Shown here in pieces: positions 42,312 through 51,340 of a stretch of 64,000 bases of DNA (positions are counted from its first letter, which is position 1; each line of letters opens with the position of its first letter). This DNA comes from Nitrospinaceae bacterium (GTDB lineage: Bacteria > Nitrospinota > Nitrospinia > Nitrospinales > VA-1), in contig JBHHVU010000011.1 of assembly GCA_046754465.1 (NCBI GenBank), forward strand, positions 1 to 64,000, given 5' to 3'. The notes beneath the pieces were generated by a model, which did not search any database, was not told where the DNA came from, and was given only the letters and a program-made list of their open reading frames with translations. The position numbers and the translations under genes were made by a program.

Positions 42312-42824
42312 CTAGGACTTTTTGTCGTAGGAGCGGGAAAGATGAACCACATAATCTTCACCGTCATCCACAAGCGATGAGTGCGATGAGTCAGGCGGAT
42401 ACTCGGACCGCTGAACCGAGGAAGGCGGGGATTCCAACCCCAAATCCTGCTGACCGGAAACCGTGTCCACAAAAACTTCTTCCCCCACATTCCATTTCTT
42501 TTTATCCGAGGGATCTTTTTCCAGCGCGATCACAATAATCTCATGGGTTTGGGAATTCCATTTGGGATGGGGCTCCCGATTATTGATTTGACGACGGTCT
42601 CTCACCACTTGCTGTTTAACGGGTTTCTTGGGGCCGTGCCGGCGTTCCTGGTTCCGCTTATCCCCGTTTCGTAAAATAATGCCCTTCCGTTTTTGCAGGT
42701 GCTTACGAAAATCGGCTTGCTTCTCGCTCCGGGATATCGGAAACGAACCGGAAACCGAAACCACTTTTTCCACGTATTTTTCAGAATCTGAAGCCTTATT
42801 TCTGTCGATACCGGCAACTAACAT
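42312..42824 (-). CDS. Hypothetical protein
   Basis: ATG 42824 with GAGGAG RBS; basic, low-complexity sequence with ERR/DRR motifs; preceded by a sigma28-like promoter. Confidence 0.6.
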   Translation of the reverse strand: MLVAGIDRNKASDSEKYVEKVVSVSGSFPISRSEKQADFRKHLQKRKGIILRNGDKRNQERRHGPKKPVKQQVVRDRRQINNREPHPKWNSQTHEIIVIALEKDPSDKKKWNVGEEVFVDTVSGQQDLGLESPPSSVQRSEYPPDSSHSSLVDDGEDYVVHLSRSYDKKS

Positions 42825-42879
42825 GACGGACTCCTCAGCCAACAAAAATTTTTTCGATCTAATTTTACAGGATATCTTT

Positions 42880-42907
42880 TTATCGGCAAGGCAAAAGAAA
42901 ACCTTGA
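42880..42907 (-). promoter_or_regulatory. Putative sigma28 (FliA) promoter
   Basis: Minus strand reads TCAAG-N15-GCCGATAA (perfect sigma28 -10 box), about 55 nt before ATG 42824. Confidence 0.65.
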
Positions 42908-42935
42908 GTCCTTTTTTCCATCAAACCCCAAAAAA

Positions 42936-43442
42936 TCAATTGTTTTCCTTTAAATAATTGAAAAATATAAGCTTAAAGGATGAAGTAAATTGGCCGGGGT
43001 CCCGGGACAGTAAGCCTTGAATCTCCCCCAGCGTCCAATACCGCCCTTCACTGATCTCCAAGGGATTAATAGTAATGGTTTTGGAGGTGGTGCAGGAAAA
43101 AACAGCAACATGCTCCCAGCAGGTTTCCCGACATGCGCGGAAGGTTATCAGAGGATGCAAATCGCCGGCGATGCCAAGCTCCTCCTTGAGTTCACGGTGG
43201 GCGGCGGCGGCATAATCCTCTCCCGAATCCACATGGCCGGCGGATGAGGTATCCCATAAACCTGGGTTTTCATCCTTGGCCGGGGCTCTTTTCTGGAGAA
43301 AAAGGTCCCCTCGGGGATTGAAAACCATGATGTGCACGGAACGATGCAAAAGGCCCTTTGCGTGAATTTCCGCCCGGCTGGCCCGGCCCACCACTTTGTC
43401 ATCGGCATCCACGATGTCATACACTTCGTCGCTTTCGTTCAT
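42936..43442 (-). CDS. NUDIX hydrolase (IPP isomerase type 1/YfcD-like)
   Basis: LLHRSVHIMVFN, LQKR...K...PGLWD, AGHVDSGEDYAAAAHRELKEELGI Nudix box. Confidence 0.9.
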   Translation of the reverse strand: MNESDEVYDIVDADDKVVGRASRAEIHAKGLLHRSVHIMVFNPRGDLFLQKRAPAKDENPGLWDTSSAGHVDSGEDYAAAAHRELKEELGIAGDLHPLITFRACRETCWEHVAVFSCTTSKTITINPLEISEGRYWTLGEIQGLLSRDPGQFTSSFKLIFFNYLKENN

Positions 43443-43531
43443 GGTCCGGCAGGAAATTAATCCGTATCAGGTTAAGGCGGGAGGCATGGGCAAGGAAATG
43501 GCTGCGTAGAGAAACCCCATCCCCGCGACCC

Positions 43532-44854
43532 TCAAGCCGTATTTCTCAAAACCCGCAAGTAGCCGAGTTTTTTGGGAAGATCCTTTTCCTCGCAGTAATT
43601 GTATCTAGCCAGGATTTTGACGTCGTTCAAGACCCTCTTACTGCCTTCAAAAATCACTTTTTGACAACCCTTGTCCGAGATGGCTCCACCGGCTTGTAAC
43701 AGGCTCATGACCGATTTGGCGTTGTATTTTTCTCCATCGACTATCAGAAAAAGATCTTCACCATGTTCCCTGGCAATCAGGGAAATATAAGTACATGGCC
43801 GGGCATGGAACCCAAGGGGTTGGGGAATGGGCACTTCGATTCGCGTGGTTTTTACGAATTGACCCAGCAGGCTGTCGGCGAGCTTGCTTCCTTCCCGGAT
43901 AAAATGGAAACTGTAAAAAAAACCGAAATTGATGATTTGGCGCAGCAATTCGCCCTTATCCACCAACTCTGAAATTTTGGATTTACATTCTCCTCGGCGG
44001 ATTTCATCCTCGTGCCGTTCGTAAAAATGGCACAACCAGAGCTCCGTTTCCAGAAGGTGAAGCGAAATGGAGACGTGTCCGCGCAGATTCTTGAAGTCCG
44101 GATGCTCCTGCTCCAGGTGGGTATTATGGATGTAGGTGTCATAATCTGACTGCACACTGTGGACCAGTTCCTTGAACATCCGCGATCTCTTTTCGTCGAT
44201 CTTTCTGGGAATCAGTTTTTTCAGCGCTTCCAGATCCTCAGTCGGTTTGATCTTGATTTTGTCCATCATTCCCGAAACTTTTTGTACTTTTTCACACAGG
44301 TCGATGATCCTTTCTTCAATATCCTTGACCTGATCCTCGGAGATATTCCGCGGCAGACGCTTGTTGGATTTAATATCCGAAAATTCATGGGGGGGAAGCA
44401 GTTCCGTTGGAATGGCCAGGCCATTGGCCCTCCCGGCGCAAAGGACTTCCTGATAAATACTAAACAGGGACCGGTTTAAAAAACTCAGGGCCTTCTGGGC
44501 ATCGGCGCAAAATTGCTCCCCGATATCCTTGACCTCGCGAATATTATAATAAGGAAATCGCTCTAACAGGTGCTTGATAAAAAATGCGGAAAGTCCCAAG
44601 TTACGAATACACGCCACATATTCGGTGAAAAAATTCCATCTACGGTTTTCTCGGGCGCCATATTCATCCAAAAAACATTCAAAAATTTCCGCTTCCTGGA
44701 TCAGGTTGGAATAAAATTTCCTGGAAATTTTCCCGTTATTTTCAAACCGCGCGGCGAAGGAATTATAAATCTTGAAAAAAAACGTGGAGGACTCCTGAAC
44801 CAGCGGAAGAAATTCTTCTTCTGAAATGATTTTAACGAGAGGTACGGGTTCCAT
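43532..44854 (-). CDS. HPr-domain protein with large N-terminal helical domain
   Basis: The C-terminal ~100 aa carry LGFHARP (His15 motif) and YNAKSVMSLL (Ser46 motif); the N-terminal ~335 aa were not recognised. Confidence 0.85.
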   Translation of the reverse strand: MEPVPLVKIISEEEFLPLVQESSTFFFKIYNSFAARFENNGKISRKFYSNLIQEAEIFECFLDEYGARENRRWNFFTEYVACIRNLGLSAFFIKHLLERFPYYNIREVKDIGEQFCADAQKALSFLNRSLFSIYQEVLCAGRANGLAIPTELLPPHEFSDIKSNKRLPRNISEDQVKDIEERIIDLCEKVQKVSGMMDKIKIKPTEDLEALKKLIPRKIDEKRSRMFKELVHSVQSDYDTYIHNTHLEQEHPDFKNLRGHVSISLHLLETELWLCHFYERHEDEIRRGECKSKISELVDKGELLRQIINFGFFYSFHFIREGSKLADSLLGQFVKTTRIEVPIPQPLGFHARPCTYISLIAREHGEDLFLIVDGEKYNAKSVMSLLQAGGAISDKGCQKVIFEGSKRVLNDVKILARYNYCEEKDLPKKLGYLRVLRNTA

Positions 44855-44983
44855 AAAACTCTCCAGTCATCGGGCTCCGGGGGATCCTGGGCCGAAAAAC
44901 ACAATTCTTTCTTATCAAGGATTGTACCACCAAATAGAGGGGATTTGAATGGCAAGGCCCCGGGGGCGCTTTTCCCCTTGCGG

Positions 44984-45541
44984 TCAATTGACCAGCATGC
45001 CGGAAAAAGCCCGGGACGGAAGATACTTCTGCCAAATTTCCAAGTAGGATTTAGGACCCGAGGGAACACTGAATTGCAGGAACATGAATTCGGGTTTGGA
45101 AGGGGTATTGATCAATCGCATCCCGGTCTCCTTGAGGGTTTGATTGCCCTTTTTCAAATTACAAGGTTTGCAGGCCACTACCACATTGGTCCAGTTGGTT
45201 TGCCCCCCGCGGGATTTGGGGCGCACATGATCAACGGTGAGGATATGATTGGAAACTCCGCAATACTGGCAGGTATATTTATCTCGCCGCAAAATATTTT
45301 TTTTGCTGAAAGCGACCCCTTTTTTACGATTCCGCCTCACCATTTTCAATACCCGGATGACGGCAGGGAGCTGAAAAGTCAGGGAGGGGGAACGCACCAT
45401 GAATCCGTCGCTTTCCAGGTTTTCCGCGCGGCCGTTCAATACCATGATAATGGCGCGTTTGGCGGTGCAGAATTGCAGGGGTTCATAGGAATAATTGAGA
45501 ACCAGAATTTTTATGGAATCCAACATAAGGCGGCCACTCAT
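44984..45541 (-). CDS. HNH endonuclease (McrA-like family)
   Basis: ILVLNYSYEPL, LPAVIRV, NILRRDKYTCQYCG, LTVDHVRPKSRGG, NVVVACKPCNLKKG. Start uncertain (45526-45583). Confidence 0.9.
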   Translation of the reverse strand: MSGRLMLDSIKILVLNYSYEPLQFCTAKRAIIMVLNGRAENLESDGFMVRSPSLTFQLPAVIRVLKMVRRNRKKGVAFSKKNILRRDKYTCQYCGVSNHILTVDHVRPKSRGGQTNWTNVVVACKPCNLKKGNQTLKETGMRLINTPSKPEFMFLQFSVPSGPKSYLEIWQKYLPSRAFSGMLVN

Positions 45542-45800
45542 CCCGGTGGTTCTGTTCGGAAAACTGTTCCGTTTCCGGATCACTCCCCCGATAAAAGGCT
45601 GGAAACGGGAAATTCACCATTCTCGAAAAGTACTTCGCCTAATTATTTAAACCAAAATATCAGAATGGTTTGAACGAGTTTACAATCTACCTGTTCCCGC
45701 TGTCAATAGAATCCATGGGACGCGGCCCGGCGGCACGGGCGCCCGCGCCAGACCCGCTGAAAGAATTTTCCGGAATCACCCGGCCCCACCCCGTTCGGGA

Positions 45801-47231
45801 TCAAAAAATATTTCCCCTTCCCAAACGCCCGGCGGGATCCAAAGTGGCTTTGATCTTTTTTAAATCCTCCAGTGCCGGGCCGCCCACCATCTTGGCGAAA
45901 AAGGGCTTTTTCAATTTTCCAACCCCGTGTTCGGCGGATATGGTTCCGTTCCAACGCAAAATACCTTCGACGAGCACCTCGTAGGTGGCTTGGGCGCGGT
46001 CCATTTCGCTTTTATCCGGCAGAAGGTTGATGTGCAAATGATTGTCCCCAAGATGGCCGAACATGACATAATCCAATCCGCTTTTGGCGAGTTCGCGCCG
46101 GTAAAAATGCATCATCTCCATAAAATATTGATCCGGCGCCGCCATGTCGGTGCCAATTTTAACCCGGCCCAGGCGGCTGTTTTCCTCGTTCACCATCACG
46201 GGAATATCGTGGCGGAAATCGTGGAACTTCTGAACATCCCGGGCAGTCCGGGCGAACCAGGAGTCATCCAGTAAAACCTCTTCCTTGCTGAGAAACTCGT
46301 ACCAGGCCTCCAGGACCGGGTCGTAATCGCCCTGGCGAGCAACGTCCTGTTCAAAAAACAGGGCGGCCCGGGCGCGGCCGGGAATGTTGCCGTGTTTGAC
46401 CTTCAGCCTTTGCAGGGAATAACGGTCAAAATATTCCAGGGAACAGGGAGCCAGGGGTGAAGTCCTCAAAGCCCGGAGCTTTTCCACCAAACGCCAGCAA
46501 TCCTCTTCCTCACTGAAAAAAAGAATGCCGCTGATGAAGTCCGCGGGACAGGGAAGCAGTTTCAAGCGGATTCGCGTGAACACTCCCAGGGTGCCGTCGG
46601 AACCGATGAAAAGGTCCAGCCAGTCCATTCCCGGCCGCACAAAATAGCCGGCAGCATTTTTACATTTGGGGCTGGTATACCGTATCTTGGGGAACGGAAT
46701 TCGGGTGCCATCGTCCAGCGCCAGCGGGACGTTGATGGTATTACCCCTGGACAGGGTCACTTGTTTCCCATCCGCCAAAACGATATCGGCCTCCAACACA
46801 TAATCCCGGGTGGCCCCCAGTTTATAGCTTCGGGATCCGGAGGCGTTGGTGGCCACCGTCCCGCCGATGGATGCGAGGGTTTCCGTAGGATTGGGAGGAT
46901 AAAAATAAGGGGTGCCCAACAGGTGGCTCTGCAAATCCGCCAGAGAGACGGCCGGGCCGACGTCGATCCAGGCGTCGGTGATTGGACCGAGGGATTGGAA
47001 CCGTTCCAGGGAAATCACCACCCCTGAATTGGGAATCCGGGAGGCGGTCAACCCTGTTCCTGCGCCCGCGATGGTGACGGGCCGGTCATTCGTTTTCAGG
47101 AAAGCAGCCAGTTCCCCGGCATTTTCGGGAATGAGGACCTCATCGGCATGGCCACCGGAATAATTGGAGGCGTCTTTCAGGTAAGGAGCAACGGTCTGGG
47201 GATCGCTTTTTCGTATCATCATCCTGCGCAT
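45801..47231 (-). CDS. FAD-linked oxidoreductase (GlcD / D-2-hydroxyacid dehydrogenase family)
   Basis: AGAGTGLT, SIGGTVATNASG, FIGSDGTLGV, FGHLGDNHLHIN, GTISAEHGVGKLK, DPAGRL. Confidence 0.9.
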   Translation of the reverse strand: MRRMMIRKSDPQTVAPYLKDASNYSGGHADEVLIPENAGELAAFLKTNDRPVTIAGAGTGLTASRIPNSGVVISLERFQSLGPITDAWIDVGPAVSLADLQSHLLGTPYFYPPNPTETLASIGGTVATNASGSRSYKLGATRDYVLEADIVLADGKQVTLSRGNTINVPLALDDGTRIPFPKIRYTSPKCKNAAGYFVRPGMDWLDLFIGSDGTLGVFTRIRLKLLPCPADFISGILFFSEEEDCWRLVEKLRALRTSPLAPCSLEYFDRYSLQRLKVKHGNIPGRARAALFFEQDVARQGDYDPVLEAWYEFLSKEEVLLDDSWFARTARDVQKFHDFRHDIPVMVNEENSRLGRVKIGTDMAAPDQYFMEMMHFYRRELAKSGLDYVMFGHLGDNHLHINLLPDKSEMDRAQATYEVLVEGILRWNGTISAEHGVGKLKKPFFAKMVGGPALEDLKKIKATLDPAGRLGRGNIF

Positions 47232-47300
47232 GTTTCCTTGCGGGGTGAAGCGTATTCCACTTGGGGGAGTGGGAATCCCCGCTTGCGTTCACTCGGAAAG

Positions 47301-47897
47301 TCATTGCCGGGTCGATTCCATCAGGCCATCGGCCTGGGGCGGCAAAAACCCGCTATACCCATTATGCCGCTCGATGAGTTCAAGAACCGTATATACTTTT
47401 CCTTTCCTCATTTCCGGTTTGGTAAAGATCTGCCGTAAGTCGGTGCCGGGAGCCCCGACCACGGAACCGGCAAACTCGATTCCCCTGCCCCGCCAAACTG
47501 CAATTGCGGATTCAATGTTATCGACCCGAACGGCAACATGGTGAAAACACCGGTCCCCATGGGTTTCCACCCATTGGGGAATCAGGCTGCCTTTTCCCCG
47601 TTCTCCCGCATAGGCCTGGTCGATGAAAAGGGCGGGAAACCCGGGTTTGCGGTAAACTTTCGCCCACCAGGTATCGAACTCCAGGATGCCGATCCCCTCG
47701 TCCCACCGGAACCCCAATTCGATCACTTCCCCGGCTCTAGTCTCCACATCCAGGGTGCGCAGGGTGCAATGGTCCACCAAGGGCATGAGCCCGACCCCGC
47801 ATTCTGCCAGCGATTCCGCCAGCAGGCGGGCGGGCAAGTTGCCTTCCAGGTATTTTCCCAGATAACTGGAAAAAAATTGATCCACGGACTGGTTCAA
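47301..47897 (-). CDS. VOC-family protein resembling the HPPD C-terminal catalytic domain
   Basis: VDHCTLR, FHHVAVRVDNIE, LRQIFTKP, LELIER..GYSGF...LMES. TTG start at 47897 with AGGAG RBS. Confidence 0.75.
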   Translation of the reverse strand: MNQSVDQFFSSYLGKYLEGNLPARLLAESLAECGVGLMPLVDHCTLRTLDVETRAGEVIELGFRWDEGIGILEFDTWWAKVYRKPGFPALFIDQAYAGERGKGSLIPQWVETHGDRCFHHVAVRVDNIESAIAVWRGRGIEFAGSVVGAPGTDLRQIFTKPEMRKGKVYTVLELIERHNGYSGFLPPQADGLMESTRQ

Positions 47898-47904
47898 GGC
47901 CCGC

Positions 47905-48081
47905 TCACTCCTTGGTTGAGTTTTCGCCGGATTTTTCAGCCGCTTTTTCTTCCAATTCTTTTCTCCGGATTTCCTCCAGACGCGCTTTCGGCTGTTCATT
48001 AATAAATTTTGCGTATTTCGGCAACATGAAAAGCATAACCCCTGCAAAAACGATCCCCAGAATAAAAAAAACGGTTTCCAC
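47905..48081 (-). CDS. Small single-pass membrane protein (58 aa)
   Basis: Not in the ORF track. GTG start after AGGAGG: METVFFILGIVFAGVMLFMLPKYAKFINEQPKARLEEIRRKELEEKAAEKSGENSTKE*; the stop lies 7 nt before the VOC start. Confidence 0.65.
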   Translation of the reverse strand: METVFFILGIVFAGVMLFMLPKYAKFINEQPKARLEEIRRKELEEKAAEKSGENSTKE

Positions 48082-48161
48082 ACAACCTCCTTCAGGATGA
48101 AATCCAATCCTTCAAAGAATTAAAACTTCCCCGTGGGCCAGTCCCTTGCGGGCGGTGGAGG

Positions 48162-48485
48162 TTAGGGATCCATCCGGTCCATGGGGGACGAGAAATCCTT
48201 CAAGTTTTTATGGGGACTGGATGGGTTTTCCGCGCCTTCCTCCCAGCCCCTGGCTTTCATGCAATTCTCTATATACTGGTTGTAAGTGTCAAAATATTCC
48301 TGTCCCGTGAATAGCCCGGCTTCGTTCAAGGCCCCCGCCTGACAATAGCGGATATCCTCTTGCGCCCTTGATTGCTCCTCCGCCGGGATGGACCGTGGTT
48401 GTTTCCCGGCGCAGCCCGCCCCCATCAGCAGAAAAAACTGAATAGGGAGCAGGGTTTTCAAGGCGAATTTAATCCGGCAATCCAT
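48162..48485 (-). CDS. Hypothetical lipoprotein
   Basis: GAGC lipobox; Cys pair DIRYCQ...ENCMKARGW. Confidence 0.65.
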   Translation of the reverse strand: MDCRIKFALKTLLPIQFFLLMGAGCAGKQPRSIPAEEQSRAQEDIRYCQAGALNEAGLFTGQEYFDTYNQYIENCMKARGWEEGAENPSSPHKNLKDFSSPMDRMDP

Positions 48486-49134
48486 GTTTGTCCAGTAACC
48501 TCATCGCCAGCACCTCCGCCTCCTCCAACTCGCCGCGGGAAAGAAGAGCGCGGATGTTTTCATTATAATAAATATTTTCAAGAAATCGTTTCCGGTCTTT
48601 GGCCGATTGAAGAACATCCCTTGCCTTTTTTCTCACACGGTCTTGAAGATGGATTTGTAAAATATCCTCCTTGGAGATCAAGTCCTTAAAAATAGATTCG
48701 GCCTTTTGGCGAATCATTTTTGCCATCAAGGGACTCTTCCCGCCGGTTGAAACAGCGATCTGGACCGTATCCTCGAGGTTGATGACCGCGGGATGACTGA
48801 AGTCGCTGACGCCCGGGTCGTCCGCGGAGTAGGCGTAGCAGCGAAGTTGTTTCGCGGATTCCACGATTTTCCGGTTGAGTTGAAAATCGTCGGTAACTGC
48901 CATGACCAGGATCAACCGGTCGTATTCCATCAGAAACCGGCCATCCTGCACCCGGTTTTTTTTCAAGGTGATTTTTCCTTCCCGGGCGCGCCGGGAGATG
49001 TCCTCGCAAACCGTTTCGGCGACCACCACCAGTTCGCAATCCTGGGTCAACAAGGCTTCGACCTTGCGGTGGGCTTCCCTGCCACCGCCCACCACCAGGG
49101 CCTGCTTTCCCTTGAGGTTCAAATCGATTATCAT
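48469..49134 (-). CDS. Precorrin-2 dehydrogenase / sirohydrochlorin ferrochelatase (SirC/Met8/CysG N-terminal)
   Basis: LVVGGGREAHRK, AVTDD..LN, ADDP..SDFSHPA, IAVSTGGKSP. Confidence 0.9.
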   Translation of the reverse strand: MIIDLNLKGKQALVVGGGREAHRKVEALLTQDCELVVVAETVCEDISRRAREGKITLKKNRVQDGRFLMEYDRLILVMAVTDDFQLNRKIVESAKQLRCYAYSADDPGVSDFSHPAVINLEDTVQIAVSTGGKSPLMAKMIRQKAESIFKDLISKEDILQIHLQDRVRKKARDVLQSAKDRKRFLENIYYNENIRALLSRGELEEAEVLAMRLLDKHGLPD

Positions 49135-49140
49135 GGGCCA

Positions 49141-50718
49141 TTACTCCGGAAGCGTTGCGACGGCGAATTCCCTGGACGCCGTCACCTGAAAACAACTATC
49201 GATCAGTTTTTTTTCCGCATTGGCCCGGCCGACGGAATCCAGCATTTCCCGCCCCTCCCTGCACCTGTAAAACGGGAAGTCCAAAAGAAGCCGGCCCACG
49301 GTGGCGCGTGCGTGAACATATTCCTTGCGATCGAACCCCAAATGCCGCACGTATTCCTCCGCTCGGTGCATCCGCCGCCATTGCCAATGGTCCCGCGGTT
49401 CGATATAGCCGTACCTGGAAAGAGAATGAACGATCGCGTCGGCCATGATGAGGTGACCATTGATGTTGGGATGGACGTGCTCGAGAAAAAAATTGTTTCC
49501 CACCAGCCCATGCGCCGAAGCTTGCTCGAACTCTTTTCCCATATCGATGACCAGGTCGTGGTTTCTCTCCCCCACCCGGCGGATAATCCGGTTGAATGTC
49601 AAACAGCCTCGAAGATGAACCCGATCCCATTCCCGCGCCTTCAAATACTCATCCCGGGCGCGCGAATAATCGCCCTGCATCTCAAGACCCCGGCCCAGTT
49701 CATAATGGGAAAAGGCATACTTCGGGTCCAGGGCCAGGCTTTTTTTCACCATGCGAACCCCCTCCTTAAAGTTCTTATTGTGCAGAGCCTTCAGGCCGTT
49801 TTGCAAATGAATAATTAACGCCCGCCGATCCCCGGGACTCAGTCGCGGATCGAGCTCGGACCGAAGGGGGGAAAAATCTTTCCAATTGGAAACCAGGGTA
49901 GAGAATACAATATCCACCCCTTTCCTCCTTCCAAGATCGGCGATGGCTTGGAGGTTTCGTTCAAAATTCTTTTCAGAGGCTTCATGTTCCCGGGCTGTCC
50001 AGTGGAACTTATCTTTTCTCAACATGACCTTGAACAGGTTGATCCCGCTATTTCGGGAAGGATCGGGTTTCCCGAAGGATTTGAGTTTCAGCAGGGCCAG
50101 TTCGTTCAGCAGAAAAAGCCGGGATGTGTGCAACCGCTGGATCGTGGTGATGAGAAACCGGTTTTGTCCCAGGTTGACGGTGGAATTGACCCCGAAATGG
50201 CCAATGAATTCATTGTGCCCGGAATAGACAATGATCAGATCGGGGGACTGGTCGATGATTTGACGGACCACATCGAGCACACCAAAACTGCTCAGGGCGT
50301 CGTAACCGGCGTTAATGACCTCGATCTTGTGGTCCGGCAAAACATCGTGAAGGATTTCCTCCATGAATCCGCCGTAACTCATTTTCCGCCGGGAAAAAGG
50401 AAATCCTCGCGTGGTGGACGCGCCCACCAGAAAAATCCGGTAAACCCCCGGGCTCTTTGGATGGGAAAATTCCGTGTCCTCGAACCAGGGATCATCGGAA
50501 AATATGGAACTGAGTTTGACGGGTAAATGGTGAAAATAATGTAGGGCGATATATTGGCTATTAAGAGAAGACTTCTCCGCCTTGTCCGGCAATTTTCCCT
50601 CAATCACAAAATCAAAGTTTTTGCCAAAACCCACGGTTTGCAGGATCGCTTCAAGAAGAAGCATGAATACCAGGCTTAAAAAAACCACGGTTAAAGCGGA
50701 AAACCATTTTTTGTTCAT
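49141..50718 (-). CDS. Membrane-anchored SGNH/GDSL-like hydrolase with TPR
   Basis: N-terminal TM, IFLVGASTTRGFP (block I), EVINAG, IVYSGHNEF, EHVHPN (block V), TPR (ALDPKYAFSHYELG). Confidence 0.75.
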   Translation of the reverse strand: MNKKWFSALTVVFLSLVFMLLLEAILQTVGFGKNFDFVIEGKLPDKAEKSSLNSQYIALHYFHHLPVKLSSIFSDDPWFEDTEFSHPKSPGVYRIFLVGASTTRGFPFSRRKMSYGGFMEEILHDVLPDHKIEVINAGYDALSSFGVLDVVRQIIDQSPDLIIVYSGHNEFIGHFGVNSTVNLGQNRFLITTIQRLHTSRLFLLNELALLKLKSFGKPDPSRNSGINLFKVMLRKDKFHWTAREHEASEKNFERNLQAIADLGRRKGVDIVFSTLVSNWKDFSPLRSELDPRLSPGDRRALIIHLQNGLKALHNKNFKEGVRMVKKSLALDPKYAFSHYELGRGLEMQGDYSRARDEYLKAREWDRVHLRGCLTFNRIIRRVGERNHDLVIDMGKEFEQASAHGLVGNNFFLEHVHPNINGHLIMADAIVHSLSRYGYIEPRDHWQWRRMHRAEEYVRHLGFDRKEYVHARATVGRLLLDFPFYRCREGREMLDSVGRANAEKKLIDSCFQVTASREFAVATLPE

Positions 50719-50967
50719 TCTCCCTATCCTGTTACAAGAACCTTTCCCGGGGGGAAGGAAACTTTTCCAATTTTTATTTCCTTGATTTGTTCCCGGATCG
50801 TATCACAAGTCATGATTTTTTTTTGGTTTTGGTGGCATTGCCGGGGCAATTGAAATATAATTGACGCGTTGCGAAAATGGTCCAGGGGAAAGCGGAATTT
50901 CATTTCGGAGCCAGTCCAAACCGGTTTGGCCTGGGGCCTACCCCACCATGTTGCCGGAGGTCCTTTC

Positions 50968-51336
50968 ATGAAAATAAATTTTCGTTCAGTTATATTCCCT
51001 TTGTTTTCTATTCTGCTTACCGCCCTCTTTTTCCACCTCCCCTTGAATGCCGCTGAAGAAATAACCGGTGGAGACATCTGGTTCAAGGACACCAAAAAAT
51101 TCAAACACGTATTGTTCAGTCACGAAAAGCACCTTAAAGCCGGAAACAAGTGCGAAAACTGCCATGAAAAGATTTTTCATAAAAAGAAAGGCTCTAACGA
51201 TAAAGAGAACGCCATCACCATGAAGGTGATTAAGAAGGGGAAATTTTGCGGAACCTGCCATAACGGCGAAACGGCCTTCAACGTCACCGGGCCCTACTGC
51301 AAGAAATGCCATGTGGGAACCCCAAAACAAAAATGA
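50968..51336 (+). CDS. Periplasmic c7-type triheme cytochrome c
   Basis: Signal peptide; VLFSHEKH, CENCH, ITM...GKFCGTCHNG..AF, CKKCH. ATG 50968 follows GGAGG. Confidence 0.88.
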   Translation: MKINFRSVIFPLFSILLTALFFHLPLNAAEEITGGDIWFKDTKKFKHVLFSHEKHLKAGNKCENCHEKIFHKKKGSNDKENAITMKVIKKGKFCGTCHNGETAFNVTGPYCKKCHVGTPKQK

Positions 51337-51340
51337 ATGC

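Noticed and set aside
44984..45583. HNH gene as a homing or mobile element or a defence system
   Set aside because: It resembles the widespread stand-alone chromosomal HNH family; no intron, terminal repeats, methyltransferase or other defence genes are adjacent.
47898..48107. N-terminal extension of the VOC ORF (268 aa in the track)
   Set aside because: Better explained by the separate 58-aa ORF and a TTG start at 47897 with its own RBS.
48469..49134. SirC/Met8-like gene as part of the cytochrome cluster (heme supply)
   Set aside because: It is on the opposite strand, separated by an unrelated SGNH gene, with no other heme or ccm genes nearby; proximity alone is not enough.
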